A DNA stretch of 64,000 bases from the NCBI RefSeq assembly GCF_009834535.1, contig NC_045696.1:17424001-17488000 (forward strand), in the 5' to 3' direction. The notes beneath the pieces were generated by a model. That model was given only the letters and a program-made list of their open reading frames with translations. It searched no databases and was not told where the DNA came from. Source of the DNA: Camelus ferus. Taxonomy: Eukaryota. Below are positions 52,844 through 64,000 of this stretch, piece after piece. The position numbers and the translations under genes were made by a program. Position 1 is the stretch's first letter. Each line of letters begins with the position of its first letter.

Positions 52844-54478
52844 GACTTTATGGTGTCCTAAGTTTCCCAAAATACAAAGCTAACTGCCAACTGGGAGGAT
52901 TTCTCTAGCTAGTAGGTTATTGCCAAAACTAAATTCCAAATTTGTCCCTTATGTCTAATCCTCTGTGTGTTTTACTCAACAATAACAACCCAGACCCAAT
53001 TCCATGAGAACTGGAGGACATAGCCTGGAGGATAGTTTGATCAACCCAGCTGCCCTTCGGTATCCCAACTGTCAGATTTCTTATTCCTTTATTGTACATG
53101 AAAAGGAAAGAAAGGAGTACCCATGGGGTGCTCCCCCCAAAACACAGGGATCACCATTGATCCATAGGGTATTACAGCTGGCAAATGGGCCCTGTGTCAT
53201 GGGGATAGACCCCTGTCTTAGAGCCATTATGGCCATTATGGCCACTGCCTTTTTGGTTACGGCACTAAGAAAATCATTGTGGGATCTCCCTTTAGCCATT
53301 TTTTACCTCATTTACCAGAAGCTCTGCTGAAATCTCATCACACTCCACATTTCACAGCCCACTACCTCGCCTCCTGTGAAGTCCTTTAGTTAACTACTCC
53401 TCAAATAACTCTTTTATGTTGTAATAACTATAATCTGGTTCCTTTTATCTACTGTGTTGCTGACTACTTCTCTCTGATGGCCACCTCCTGAATCCTTGTG
53501 ATGATCTACAGGAAATTCAGTTGGGTAGCACTGATGTCTCATGGTTCACTGATGGTTCTTACTTAAACGTTACAATGGCAAGTATCATGCTGGGTATGCG
53601 AATGCAACTCCTTTTGATGTTGTTGAGGCAGCATGTTTAACCTATGGCTACTTCAGCCCAATACACTGAATTATATGCTCTTCTATGAGATTGTACGTTA
53701 ACCGAGGACAAAACTGCCAACATTTATGCTGATAGTAGATGTACTTTCGGAGTAGCTCATTTTTTGGAATACTGTGGAAGTAGCATGGCTTCCTTAATTC
53801 TATTGGAAATAAAACTAAAAGTTGCCCAATGTTTAGAAATTATTGGATGAAATAATTTTACCTGCCACTTTAACCATTATTAAGAATCCAGGGCATTCTG
53901 AACTTGAATTTCTGGAAGCTCAAGGAAATCATTTTGCTGATACTTCTGCAAGGAATGCTGCCTTTAAAGGGATGGACAGCAGCCAAACCTGTGTCAAAGG
54001 GATATTTCCCCAAATGATAATTCAGAAAAACTGGCTAGAAAAGCCCAAAAACTGGCCTTAGAAAAGGAAAAACAAGAATGGAAATTCAAACATTTTTGGC
54101 TTGATAAAAAGAGGCAGCTCTGGTTTGGACCAAATGACAAACCAGTGTTATGGAGACTAAAATTCCCGCTCCTCACTACCAATCATGCATTAGACCATAG
54201 GTCTACTGACAAAATTACAGTCTTCATGAATCAGTATTGGTGGGGAAACATTAACATGACCACAAAAAGCACCTACCTCACTTGTTCCATTATCCAAGTT
54301 CAATGTAGAGGAGCCTGTTCATACTGCTTCTGGACATTTTAAACTCCCTAATAGACCATTCAAGTTCTGGCAAATGAATGTCATACAACTTCCTCCTTCT
54401 AACTGGTATAAATATGCTTTTCTCATGGTCTGTATGTTTTCACACTGAACTGAAGCCTTCCCTTGCAGATAAGCTACA
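52844..54478 (+). mobile_element. Class I ERV pol fragment (RT thumb/connection, RNase H, integrase N-terminus), no LTRs
   Basis: LVGYC-like RT thumb, WFTDGSY (53542), IYADSR, PGHS...GNHFAD RNase H motifs, integrase zinc-finger remnants and WQMNVIQLP...TEAFPCR; many stops. Confidence 0.9.
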
Positions 54479-55418
54479 ATTTTCTCTGAAGTTGCATTAA
54501 ATAATCTTCATGTACTTCAGGCAGAATTTGAAGATTCAGCTTCAGCTGCTGAGTCTCCCTTTCCAGCTGTGAATTCTCACAGTGCAGAGACCCTTCTTCC
54601 ATTTGGAGACTTGATATTTGCCCTGCAAGCTCTTCATTCATTTGCTTTTCTTCCCGCAATCTTTGGGATATTTCCTGATGGCCCTGTTCAGGACTCTGAA
54701 GGGATACGTTGAAATCAACATCATCAATGACACCCTGCAGATCAGCTTCTGACTGATGAATGGACTGATCACCATTTTCTGCTTCCCTCTTCCACTGGCC
54801 TTTCAGGTTCCCATATAGCAAGTGATCTCCAAGAAAGTTAGGCAACGGGATGGCCTTCAGAAGGCATTCAGCCATTGATGTTAGTTGGCGGACATTATCA
54901 TTCAGGACTTGCTCCATCAGTGTGTTTGACTGCACCAGCCTTTCTTTCTCCTCCTCCATTTCCTGGACACTCTGCTTCCATCTGGCTATTTCTTGAGCAA
55001 GTAGTTCTGGACTTTCTGGAAAATGAGTATTTTCATTCACATTATTCATTATTTTCTTCTGAAGTTGTTCTCCATTTTTCTCTGATGCTTTTAAGATGGG
55101 TTTTCCACTGGTCACCTGGGAAAGTTGAGGAGGCTGGGTCTTCTGTGCCTTTTCCAGAAAGTCCACAGTGGTAGGATGGGATGACTTACTTAGGTTTGTA
55201 TTCATTGCCAACAGGCACAAGGTTTGTAACATGGGAGGACTGGCCTCCAACCCAGGTGGCCTGAGGGCTTCTTCACCTTGTGTCATTGGTTCAGTATTCT
55301 CACCACCTTTTCCATAGACTTCACTGTGGGCAGAACACCTTTTGGCTAGCAACTTCATACATCTTAAAGTGTTTAGTCTCTTTACTATCACAACCACCAT
55401 CACAGTGCATACCAGCAT
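54474..55418 (-). CDS. 314-aa truncated cTAGE-like ORF; translation unproven
   Basis: Identical to the copy 1 ORF for the first 311 aa, ends MQLQRKL then TAG at the ERV junction. Confidence 0.45.
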   Translation of the reverse strand: MLVCTVMVVVIVKRLNTLRCMKLLAKRCSAHSEVYGKGGENTEPMTQGEEALRPPGLEASPPMLQTLCLLAMNTNLSKSSHPTTVDFLEKAQKTQPPQLSQVTSGKPILKASEKNGEQLQKKIMNNVNENTHFPESPELLAQEIARWKQSVQEMEEEKERLVQSNTLMEQVLNDNVRQLTSMAECLLKAIPLPNFLGDHLLYGNLKGQWKREAENGDQSIHQSEADLQGVIDDVDFNVSLQSPEQGHQEISQRLREEKQMNEELAGQISSLQMEEGSLHCENSQLERETQQLKLNLQILPEVHEDYLMQLQRKL

Positions 55419-55544
55419 CTCTCAGAACAATGCAGGGAGACCTGGGATGTGCCTCAAGCTTTCAGCAATCACCAGCAGAGCACCCCATAGGTGTTCCAGA
55501 ATCAGCTGGAAAGAGGATCCAGTGGTGAACAGCTGGCCCTCCAT
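54474..55544 (-). pseudogene. cTAGE5/MIA2-family retrocopy, copy 2 (3'-truncated)
   Basis: ATG at 55544, same codon-41 TGA as copy 1, near-identical to copy 1 up to 54485, then fused to ERV integrase. Confidence 0.9.
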
Positions 55545-56956
55545 GGTTGTGTTGGGCTCCACAGCTCTGCATCTGTGGACCAGTGTCCTGTGAGCCTTAA
55601 TTGACCACCAGTCAGAACTCTGTAGAGTGTTCCATCTCTAAGGTAAACAAGTGGCAGACATCCTGGATGGGCAGTTAGGCTGGGGGAGGGGTGGCCAGCT
55701 ATGTTCTAGAAAACATTTCTCCCTAACTTTGCTTTTAAAATAGAAAGTTATCTCACTTACATAGGTGGTGGTGGAGATAGAAAGGTCTGTTAGCAGCTTG
55801 GATCTTGGCCACTCTAGGCCATGCCTGGCCCTATAGCAAACCTATGGGTTTAAGGCAGGAATAAGCTACACTTTGTTCTGTGCTCAAGAGCAAGTCAGGA
55901 CAGAGTGGTGGGGCCCTTCCCATTCTCCTTATTTAACTTATTTTTCTTTTTCCTTCTCCAGGATGTCTAATGATGCCCCCAAATTCTAAAGATCTGCCTT
56001 TTATAAGGCTCCCTCTTTCCTTGATTTTGATCATTATGAGCAGGCACAGGTCCAGGCTGAAGTTTAAGATATTTAATGTCTAAAAATGTACAATGTGGTG
56101 GCTGGCACAAAAAGTGTGCTTAATAAATGACAGCTAACTTCATGTAATAAAACTACCAAAAAAATCTAGAAGGAATTTTGGGTTAGTATCTATATCAGTA
56201 TGATATTGGAAGGAATAAAAACAGTAAACAACAACATAGAGAAAAAAATGCTTGATTTGACCACATAAAAATTCAGAGAATATAGGACATATCAAAAAAT
56301 TGTATACAAAATTTAAATGAAAATACTATCTATCTATCCACCTTTATCTCTAGTTACCATACAAAATATATTTAGAATAAAATGAAAAATGCATTTAAAT
56401 TCAAAATTTTAAAGTTCAAAAAATCAGAAATGTCACTGTACAGAGAAAAAATTAAGCAAAAATAAAAATTTTTACTCATGAAACTACTAATATTTTGAAA
56501 GATATTTTTACTAATTTTTGGCTGTGTTCTTCTAAACTGAGCATTCTAGTCCTGCTGGTGTGAGAGTTAACTGGTATAAATGCTCTGGAATACCTCTGCT
56601 GAAACATACCAAGACTCTTAAAAGGTCTTAACTTTGACATATTTGAGCATAGGATACATCCTCTGTTATAAGAGTACATCCCAAGTACATAATTAGTATC
56701 TGGACCAAATATGCTGCCTCTTTGCTGAAAATATTTATTATAGAATAGATTGTAATAGAAGATATCTGGAAACATCACTCAAAGTTTGAATACAAAGAAA
56801 GATTAATTAAACTCAGTTCAATTCATGATGATACCTGGGTATGTGAAACTAATAAGAGGATTTAGGGAGCGGGCATATGACTTGATGGTTTATTGTTAGT
56901 GAAACTTTTGTTTTGGGAGTTGGATTAAAGGGTGTTTATTACTATATATGTATTGG

Positions 56957-57240
56957 GTGGTTGCCAGCGAGGAGGAAGTCCAGAGGTTTGGGCAAAATAG
57001 GTGAAGAGGATTAAGAGATAAAAACTTACAGTTATGATATGAATAAATCACAGGGATATAATATACAGCATAAGGAATACAGTGAATCATAGTGTAATAA
57101 ATTGTATGGTAACAGGTGGTTACTAGAGTTATCATGGTCTTCATTTTTTAATGTATTTAAATGTCAAATCATGTTGTACACCTAAACTAACAAAATATGG
57201 CTTATCAACTATACTTCAACTTAAACAAAATGAAACAAAT
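56957..57240 (+). mobile_element. L1 3' end (laurasiatherian-type)
   Basis: gtggttgccag...aataggtgaagaggattaagag...tgttgtacacctaaact...tcaactatacttcaa plus A-rich tail. Confidence 0.8.
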
Positions 57241-58350
57241 AAAAATGGGCGAAATACTTGAACAGACTCTTTGTCAGTTAAGACATATGACCAATAAGGT
57301 CCTGAAAAGATGTTCAACATCATTATTCATCAGGAAAATGCAGATTAGAACCACTCCTATATCTACACATCTCCTTGAATGACTAATTTGAAAAAAAAAA
57401 CAATGCCAATCAAGTCTTGCAGAGAATGTAGAGCACCTGAAAATGTCATGAATTTTTGGGAGGAGTATAAAATGACACAACCACTTTGGAAAACTGATTG
57501 GAGTTTTCTTGAAAATGTAATTATACATCAATCCTATGGCATACAAGTCATTAACCAGGAAACTGGAAACACATGTCTACAAAAAGCATTGAAGAAAAAA
57601 GATGTTGATAAGAGCTTTATCCATACTAAGTCTAAAGTAGAAACAATCCAAATGTCCTTGAAGACGTGAGTAAATAACCAAATTGTAGTATATCCATATA
57701 AAGGAACTCTGCTCAATAACAAGACTGAATCACTGAACATGTGACAATGATGAATAAATCTGACAAACATCAGTCTAAGTAAGAGAAGCAGACAGAAAAA
57801 GAAAACATAGTGTATGCATAAATGTATGAAATTGTAGATTGGGAAAAATAATTTATGATGACAGAAATGAGAACAGGTTGTTTCTGGGATTGTGGGAATT
57901 GATCAGGAAGGGGCACAGAAGGAACCTTCTAAATTAGGGACAACATCTATGTAGAAATGATGTGTGAGTTACATAGCTATATACGTTTCTCAGATGAGAT
58001 CAGGGAGATTACTTAAGATCTGTGCGTTTCACCATACACACATGAAACTTCACATTTTAAAAAATGAAACAAAATAAAGGTCTTGCCATCTTAGAGTGTG
58101 AAAAATACTATGTAGCCCAAAAAAAAACACAGGTTTTTGAAATACTTTCGTTGGCATTGGGGAAGGTTCATGATGGAATATAAGTTATTTAAAGGCTGTT
58201 TGCAACTCTATATATGACAAGATCTCACTTTCACTGAAAAAAAATTTTACATGTGCATAAATAATACGAAGAAATACAATAAAATGTCATCAGTAATGGT
58301 CTCTGGTCAGGATTGCAAGTAATTTAAATTTTATTCTTTACACTTTGTTA
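57240..58350 (+). mobile_element. Ancient L1ME 3' region plus L1ME4-like fragment
   Basis: ORF2 tail (KRCSTSLFIRKMQIRTT, QPLWKT), 3'UTR, then aatactatgtagcc...gtaatggtctctgg. Confidence 0.8.
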
Positions 58351-59499
58351 TGCTATTCAGGGACTGAACAGTTACAAGCAACAGACTTAATTCTCTCTAG
58401 TTGATACAAAAAATAATTTATTAACAGTGTTCGAAAACATACCCAATCATTGGAAAAACCAGATATATAGACTGAGACTCAGATTCCAGAAAAAATAGTC
58501 AAAAACGCCAAAAGAACAGCCTGATGAGAAAAATGCCACTACTTTATGTAACAGTTATGGGATAACTCCATGTGCTGAAATCAAGATCACCACTAATACA
58601 CAGCCTTATAACCGCCATGTCTCCAAATAACAGCCAAAGAAAGTCTCACTCAGCTCTTAGGTCATGTGGTTGAATTCTAACTTCCAGAAAGCCTAGAAAT
58701 TTGAGTTCTTTTAAGTAAGAGGGCAGGACTAACCATACCTATTATATCTGTCAAACCATTTCTGCACCTATTACATGCAGGGCATCACACTAGCCCTGGA
58801 AGTGGAGACATTCCCTACACTTGAGCGCAATTTCCATTCAATTCAATAATCACAAACATGTTTAATGCTGCCAGCATGCTGCTCAAGTTTTTGAATACTT
58901 TATTTTCATATCTGAATATATATGGAGTTGATGCATTTGGATAATCACAAGAAGTTCTCCAAAATTTTAATTAACTTTAGGAGATAAATTTAAGGCCCAT
59001 ACTGACCTACACAGATAAGCTCTTTCTTATCACATGGTAATATTTTTCAAAGGCAAAAATAAAACTAAGAAGGATTGACAATAACATTTTATTGCTAGAA
59101 TGAAGTTATTGGTATGAAAATGAGAGTCAGATGAAATTTATTTAAAATGAATGAAAGTATAATTCCAAATCTTAATAAGGACAAGAAAATGCCTAGAAAT
59201 TCCATAAACAGGCCATTCAAAATATTCATAGAACCTTTCTGAATATAACTTAAAATGAAACTACAGCAAAAATGGACAATTATTTGCATTCTAATTCTAT
59301 TTTCAGTTCAGATACATAAATACATTATACATACATTTATACAGAAGATCTTTTTGAGTATCCTTGCCAGTTTTCATAAATTCATTTAAGTAAGAACTAT
59401 TGCTGAGTCAAATATTTTTCATGTGATATCTGTTCACCTTTTCCTTAGTGTCAAGAAAATATCTAAATTACACACTTTATTATCAAGACAGATTATTGG

Positions 59500-60190
59500 G
59501 ACTCATTTTTGACATTGACTTATTTCTGAACTCCCACATTAATTCATCACCTTGGCACCTTCATTCCATTTAAAATATTTTTAATATTCCATTTCTACTC
59601 ATATTCACTGGCAAAGTCATTCTATTAAAATAACGTTCTGTCTTTTTTCCCATTTGCACTCTCCCAAATGTAATCTCCCTCTAGTAATAGGACATTATGA
59701 AATTATTTAAGTCTTCTGCTTAAATACTTCTAGATTCTTCAAAGAGATGTAATTGAACTTTTTACTTTGGCCTGTAGGGCTCCTATCCTCCTGCCTTCAT
59801 CCTTTACCACATCTCCTCCACTCAACCCACTTCAGTTGTGCTGACATTTATTCAGGTCCTCAGATGCTGAAGTCCTTTCCCAATGTACAGCCTTTGCCCA
59901 TGCAGTCCAGTTTGAAATTTTTGACTCCACATCTTATCCCTCAGAGAAGTATCACACCTTCTCACAGCTAAATTAATAGTCCTCACCACTTTGTTTTCTC
60001 TCAGAGTCTCTGGTTCTTTTCAGTCATTATTTATCATCATTTCTAATTTTCTGTTTGCATGTTGATTTGTTAACTATCTGTGTCTCTCATTAAATTGTAA
60101 ACTCCATGAGGTGAGAGACCATGTACACTCTGCTGTGGCCAATGTATAACTCATTGCCTAGCAAAAGAAGTATCAATTAAACAAATGGAA
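59500..60190 (+). mobile_element. Degraded L2 3' region
   Basis: cagcctttgcccatgcagt, ttgtaaactccatgaggtgagagaccatgt. Confidence 0.6.
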
Positions 60191-60629
60191 GAAAGAATAA
60201 TGTTATATTAAAAAGTTGGAACAATGATATTATAACACATGTGAGTAACAGTAAATGAATAAATTAAATACTTATTGAGAAGTCAATAGTCGATGCATTT
60301 CTCAAGCTTCTTCATTTCACGCTCATGAGAAATGGACGTATATGCCATTCATTATTCTTGCCTGCATGTTATTTGTAGTCATGAGTCCAAGTAGATGCTC
60401 AGTACTAGAAATAAGCAAAAAATAAAAGAGATAATACAAAGTAAAAATACACACAAAAAAACCAAGAGCAAACAAGTGTACTTCTGCTGAAGTATGTTGT
60501 GTATTATAATGAAAAATGAGTGATTCTGAAATAAAAAGAATTGGATTCTGTTCTTAGAGTTAACATCTTACATAAACATAGTTCAGCTAAGAAAATCAAG
60601 AAATTAGTGTTTGCCCAATTTGGTTTTCT

Positions 60630-61330
60630 TTTTCAAATTTCATTTGGAAGGACTTCAAACTCATGGAATCATTGTAAAAACAATCCAAACTTACACATAC
60701 TATTTTTACCTGGATTCAACTCTAATTGATATTTAGTATAATTTGCTTTATCATTTGTGCTCTTTATTTGTGAGTGTAAACATGCACACATATCCTCAAA
60801 TGGTTAAGAAAGTTATTGTATTATATATATACAAAATATGCAAATATAGGTAAATATATATTGTATATATGTCTTCCTGAACATCTATATATCTATCTCT
60901 CCATATATTTTTCCCAAACCACTTAAAAATTGTTTACTTACATAATAATCTTTTAGGTCTAAATATATCAAGGTATATATTTTTAAAAATAAGGGTGATA
61001 TTGTAAATAATCACAGTAGTCTAAACACGCTAAATGACTTTAATCTTTATACAGTGCTTTTATCTAATTTACTGTTTGTATCCAAATATTTTCAATTGAT
61101 ATCATAAAATTGCTTGGCGTTTTGCTTTTATTTCTTAATACAGTATTCAGTCTATGATAACAAGATACATTTAGTTGTCAGGTTTTTAAAGTTTCCTCTA
61201 ATCTGGAACAATTCTTATCCTTTTCTTTAATTTATGACATTGATTTTTTTTTGAAGAATGTGTTCATTTTTATTTTAATGAACCATTCTGCATTTTGAGT
61301 TTATCTGATAATCTCTCAAATACAATCCAG
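60630..61330 (-). mobile_element. L1MC4/5-like 3' end
   Basis: atttgctttatcatttg, aataatcacagta, catttagttgtcagg...tctaatctggaacaattc. Confidence 0.55.
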
Positions 61331-62399
61331 ATATAATAGGACACTATTCCTTTAAAAATTCTTGATTCTTCTATTGTACTCCTTAACAGATTCAATTCTA
61401 AAAGGTATATGAAAAAGCAAGGTTTGGCTGGCGCTCTACAAAAGTTCAGTTCTTATGTGCTAGAGTTCCAAAAATGTTGGATCACTGTACAACTCCAGAG
61501 GAAAGTAAGGAAAAAATTCAGGTGGGAAAAATGTGGTTGCCTTCATTATTTCCAAGCTTAAAAAATTGGAATGAAATGATGCCAATGGAAGCATTCTCAA
61601 ACCCTTTGACTGTCAAGACTTGTGCCTTTCTGGCTCTACCAGAGACAACAAAGAAGAAATTTTCACCAGTCCTAGTTAACATTCTTTAACCAAGTCATTG
61701 AAATCTTTCCTAAGACTATAGAAAAATATAAGTATATATAAAAAAAAAAAAAACTGGGGAGAGGGAAATGTAAGTAAGTGGGAAGCATAAAGTTCTTAAG
61801 AAAATATTTATCTATCTAAAATAACAAATCTTATTACGGTATAGTCACTAAAAAGAAAGAAATATAATTTGGGGAAACAATTAGAGTTAATTAGATGTGA
61901 CCATTTACTTTAAATATTGATATGAAATACATGTCACAAAGGAACATTTAGTAATACAGGAAATGACTATTAAGATAACTGCTCTTACTTTTATTGTCTT
62001 TTATACGAATAATTTGCCTCAGTTGTTGTCTCTGGTGGAGTTTGCACCAGATGTGAACTATATATGAGGATTCCTAGGGGTTAATTTCTGCTTCCATGGA
62101 AACTACCTTGGTGTGCTTTGGTTTTAAATGACTTCCTGCAGGCTGACACTTAGAAGCACCTGCTCAAAGAAACAGCTTTCTTAGCAATGAAGCTCCACAC
62201 TGGGAGGAGGAAAGTCTTTCATATTTAACTTCCTCTGCAGTAAATCTACCAGTTAATATTTCCAATATTTAGAAAACTGCATTTTGAGAATACACTTAAC
62301 TGTGATAAAAATGCGTCCATTTAAATGAACAGTGATGCTGAATGTTTAAGAACAACTCTTCACATGGCAGAGTTTAAGATATTAAAGATGCTTGTTGTT

Positions 62400-63200
62400 C
62401 TGATATCCTTTGATACCAGAATGTGATAATTAGAAATGAGATAATTAAGGCATAGTTTCTGGCCTCAAGGAGCTATCAATGTGGTTATAAAGCATATCAC
62501 AAAAAGATAATTCTAAGGCAATTCCAACTGCAGTAAGCAATAATATGTGTCCAAAACATTATGGAAATCATTAGAAAGGGTAAGTTACCCTGGTTGGGAA
62601 ACAAATCATGAAGGGCTACGTGAAGTAGGGAACACTTGAACTGAATATTCAGTCAAGTGAGAAACCTAAGGAAAGGAATAAGGAGAATGCCACAGCAGAG
62701 TGGGAGTTGGGGGCAGCTTTAACAAAGGCACGGAGAAGGGAGAAGTACGTTGCCTAGATATAGTCAGGCAATAGCCAGTCATTTGAGGTTTTTGAAGCAT
62801 GAAATACAGGAAACAAGTGGCCAAAAAAGGGGAGAATCCTATGATATGGATAATATGGAGGGTTCAGGAGTGTGGCAAATGCTCTTTGTATCCTGGTACT
62901 TAGACTTTGTATTCTAGAAGATGAGGAGCCAGAGAAAGATTTGAAGCACAGAAAACCCATGGTTCAATATGATTTTTAGGTAGGTGACTCTGGGGGCCGC
63001 AGCACAAATGGATTTGAGGCCAAGAAGCAGTTGGAGACTTCCCTGGTGGAAGAAGCAAGAAGTGATGAAGACCTAACAGAAAACAAAGAGGAAGGCTGTA
63101 AAGCAATGTACACTTCAACATATACCATATGTCATGTCTACAGGATTAGGAGTTGTACTGCTTCCTCAGACTTTGGGGATGAGAGGAGGTAGACAGTTGG
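62400..63200 (-). mobile_element. Degraded L2 fragment
   Basis: ctggcctcaaggagct, aacaaaggcacggag, gactttgtattctagaagatgaggagcca. Confidence 0.55.
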
Positions 63201-63589
63201 GCTCAGCTGATATGCAAAATATAAGCTTTTATGTTTCTATTGGTGATCAAAAATTCCATATGGTTAAAGAATAAGTACCGTAAGTTGACCAACATACCTT
63301 ATTTCTGTGTATTTTCTGCATCACTTGACTTAAATGTCTCACTCTTTCTTAACTGTGTTACCTGTATTTCTCACTTTGAAATAAATGTTAAAATGGTATT
63401 AAAATTTGACAGGATTATGTTCTTTTCACATAGATTGGCCATCCAGGTTAATGCTCTGTTTTAAATTTGACATTAACTAACTATGAAGAGGTTATGTCTT
63501 TCCTTTATAACCTTATTCATCATTTACATTAAGTACCTTGACAGTTTCTGGAGGTGTAGAGAAAGCCTAGGACTCTTGATTAAATGCCG

Positions 63590-63650
63590 AGATATATATA
63601 TATATATACACGTGTGTGTGTATATATGTGTGTGTATATGTATATCTGTA
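63590..63650. repeat. (TA)n/(TG)n microsatellite
   Basis: gatatatatatatatatacacgtgtgtgtgtatatatgtgtgtgtatatgtata. Confidence 0.85.
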
Positions 63651-64000
63651 AACAAAACATACATATTTGAAGTATAATATTAAGCTAAAAACTTCCACTG
63701 AACATTTACAACATTCATTTTAAAGAAATCAATGTTCACTCTCTTATGAAATTGTTTTCTTCCTTGCTTTGCTGTGAGTAAACACAGGTTTCAAGAAGCT
63801 ATTTCAATCTTTAAATCTTATACTCTCTCTCTCTCTCCCCCCCATATATATATAATTTACACATATATGTGATATGTAATATATATATGTCTCCTTCAAA
63901 TTACACACTACTTCATATTTAATTTTAATTGTGAGTTAAACAAAAATATTTCCTAATGATACTTAAGAGGAGCACGAAAATGATAATACTAATAAGTTTT

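Larger units (their letters stand above)
47565..55570. repeat. Inverted repeat: arms 47565-48650 and 54485-55570 (1086 bp, 1 mismatch), spacer 5834 bp
   Basis: Line-by-line reverse-complement comparison; only difference G47609 vs T55526 (A on - strand); looser homology extends to about 47226/55905. Confidence 0.97.

Noticed and set aside
53004..54342. ORFs of 62-108 aa in the spacer
   Set aside because: Broken frames of ERV pol with many stops and frameshifts; no sign of domestication.
1..64000. CRISPR arrays, operons, tRNA or rRNA genes
   Set aside because: Mammalian repeat-rich DNA; no repeat-spacer periodicity or recognisable structural RNA genes seen.

Overview
AT-rich eutherian mammalian DNA, probably a cetartiodactyl such as a camelid. 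This rests on the style of the young L1 3' ends and on seeing no Alu, B1/B2, Bov-A or Can-SINE elements; it is an inference. Most of the window is intergenic/intronic and filled with decayed L1, L2, MIR, MaLR/ERVL LTRs and microsatellites. No host-gene exons were confidently seen. The standout is a convergent (tail-to-tail) inverted pair of intronless, highly diverged cTAGE5/MIA2-family retrocopies (47.2-49.5 kb + and 54.5-55.9 kb -). Their 1086-bp arms differ at one base, while their immediate flanks are only about 69-82% identical, the signature of an old duplication being homogenised by gene conversion. Both copies share a W41-stop and keep a long ORF almost exactly over the paired region. 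Copy 2 has lost its 3' end and polyA site by fusion to an LTR-less ERV pol fragment, so read-through could produce a ~1.1 kb-stem hairpin RNA. A gene-less 'ghost' of the same duplicon's flanks lies at 33.8-36.2 kb. Repeat family names and cTAGE5 comparisons are from recalled consensus sequences, and identity figures are hand counts.
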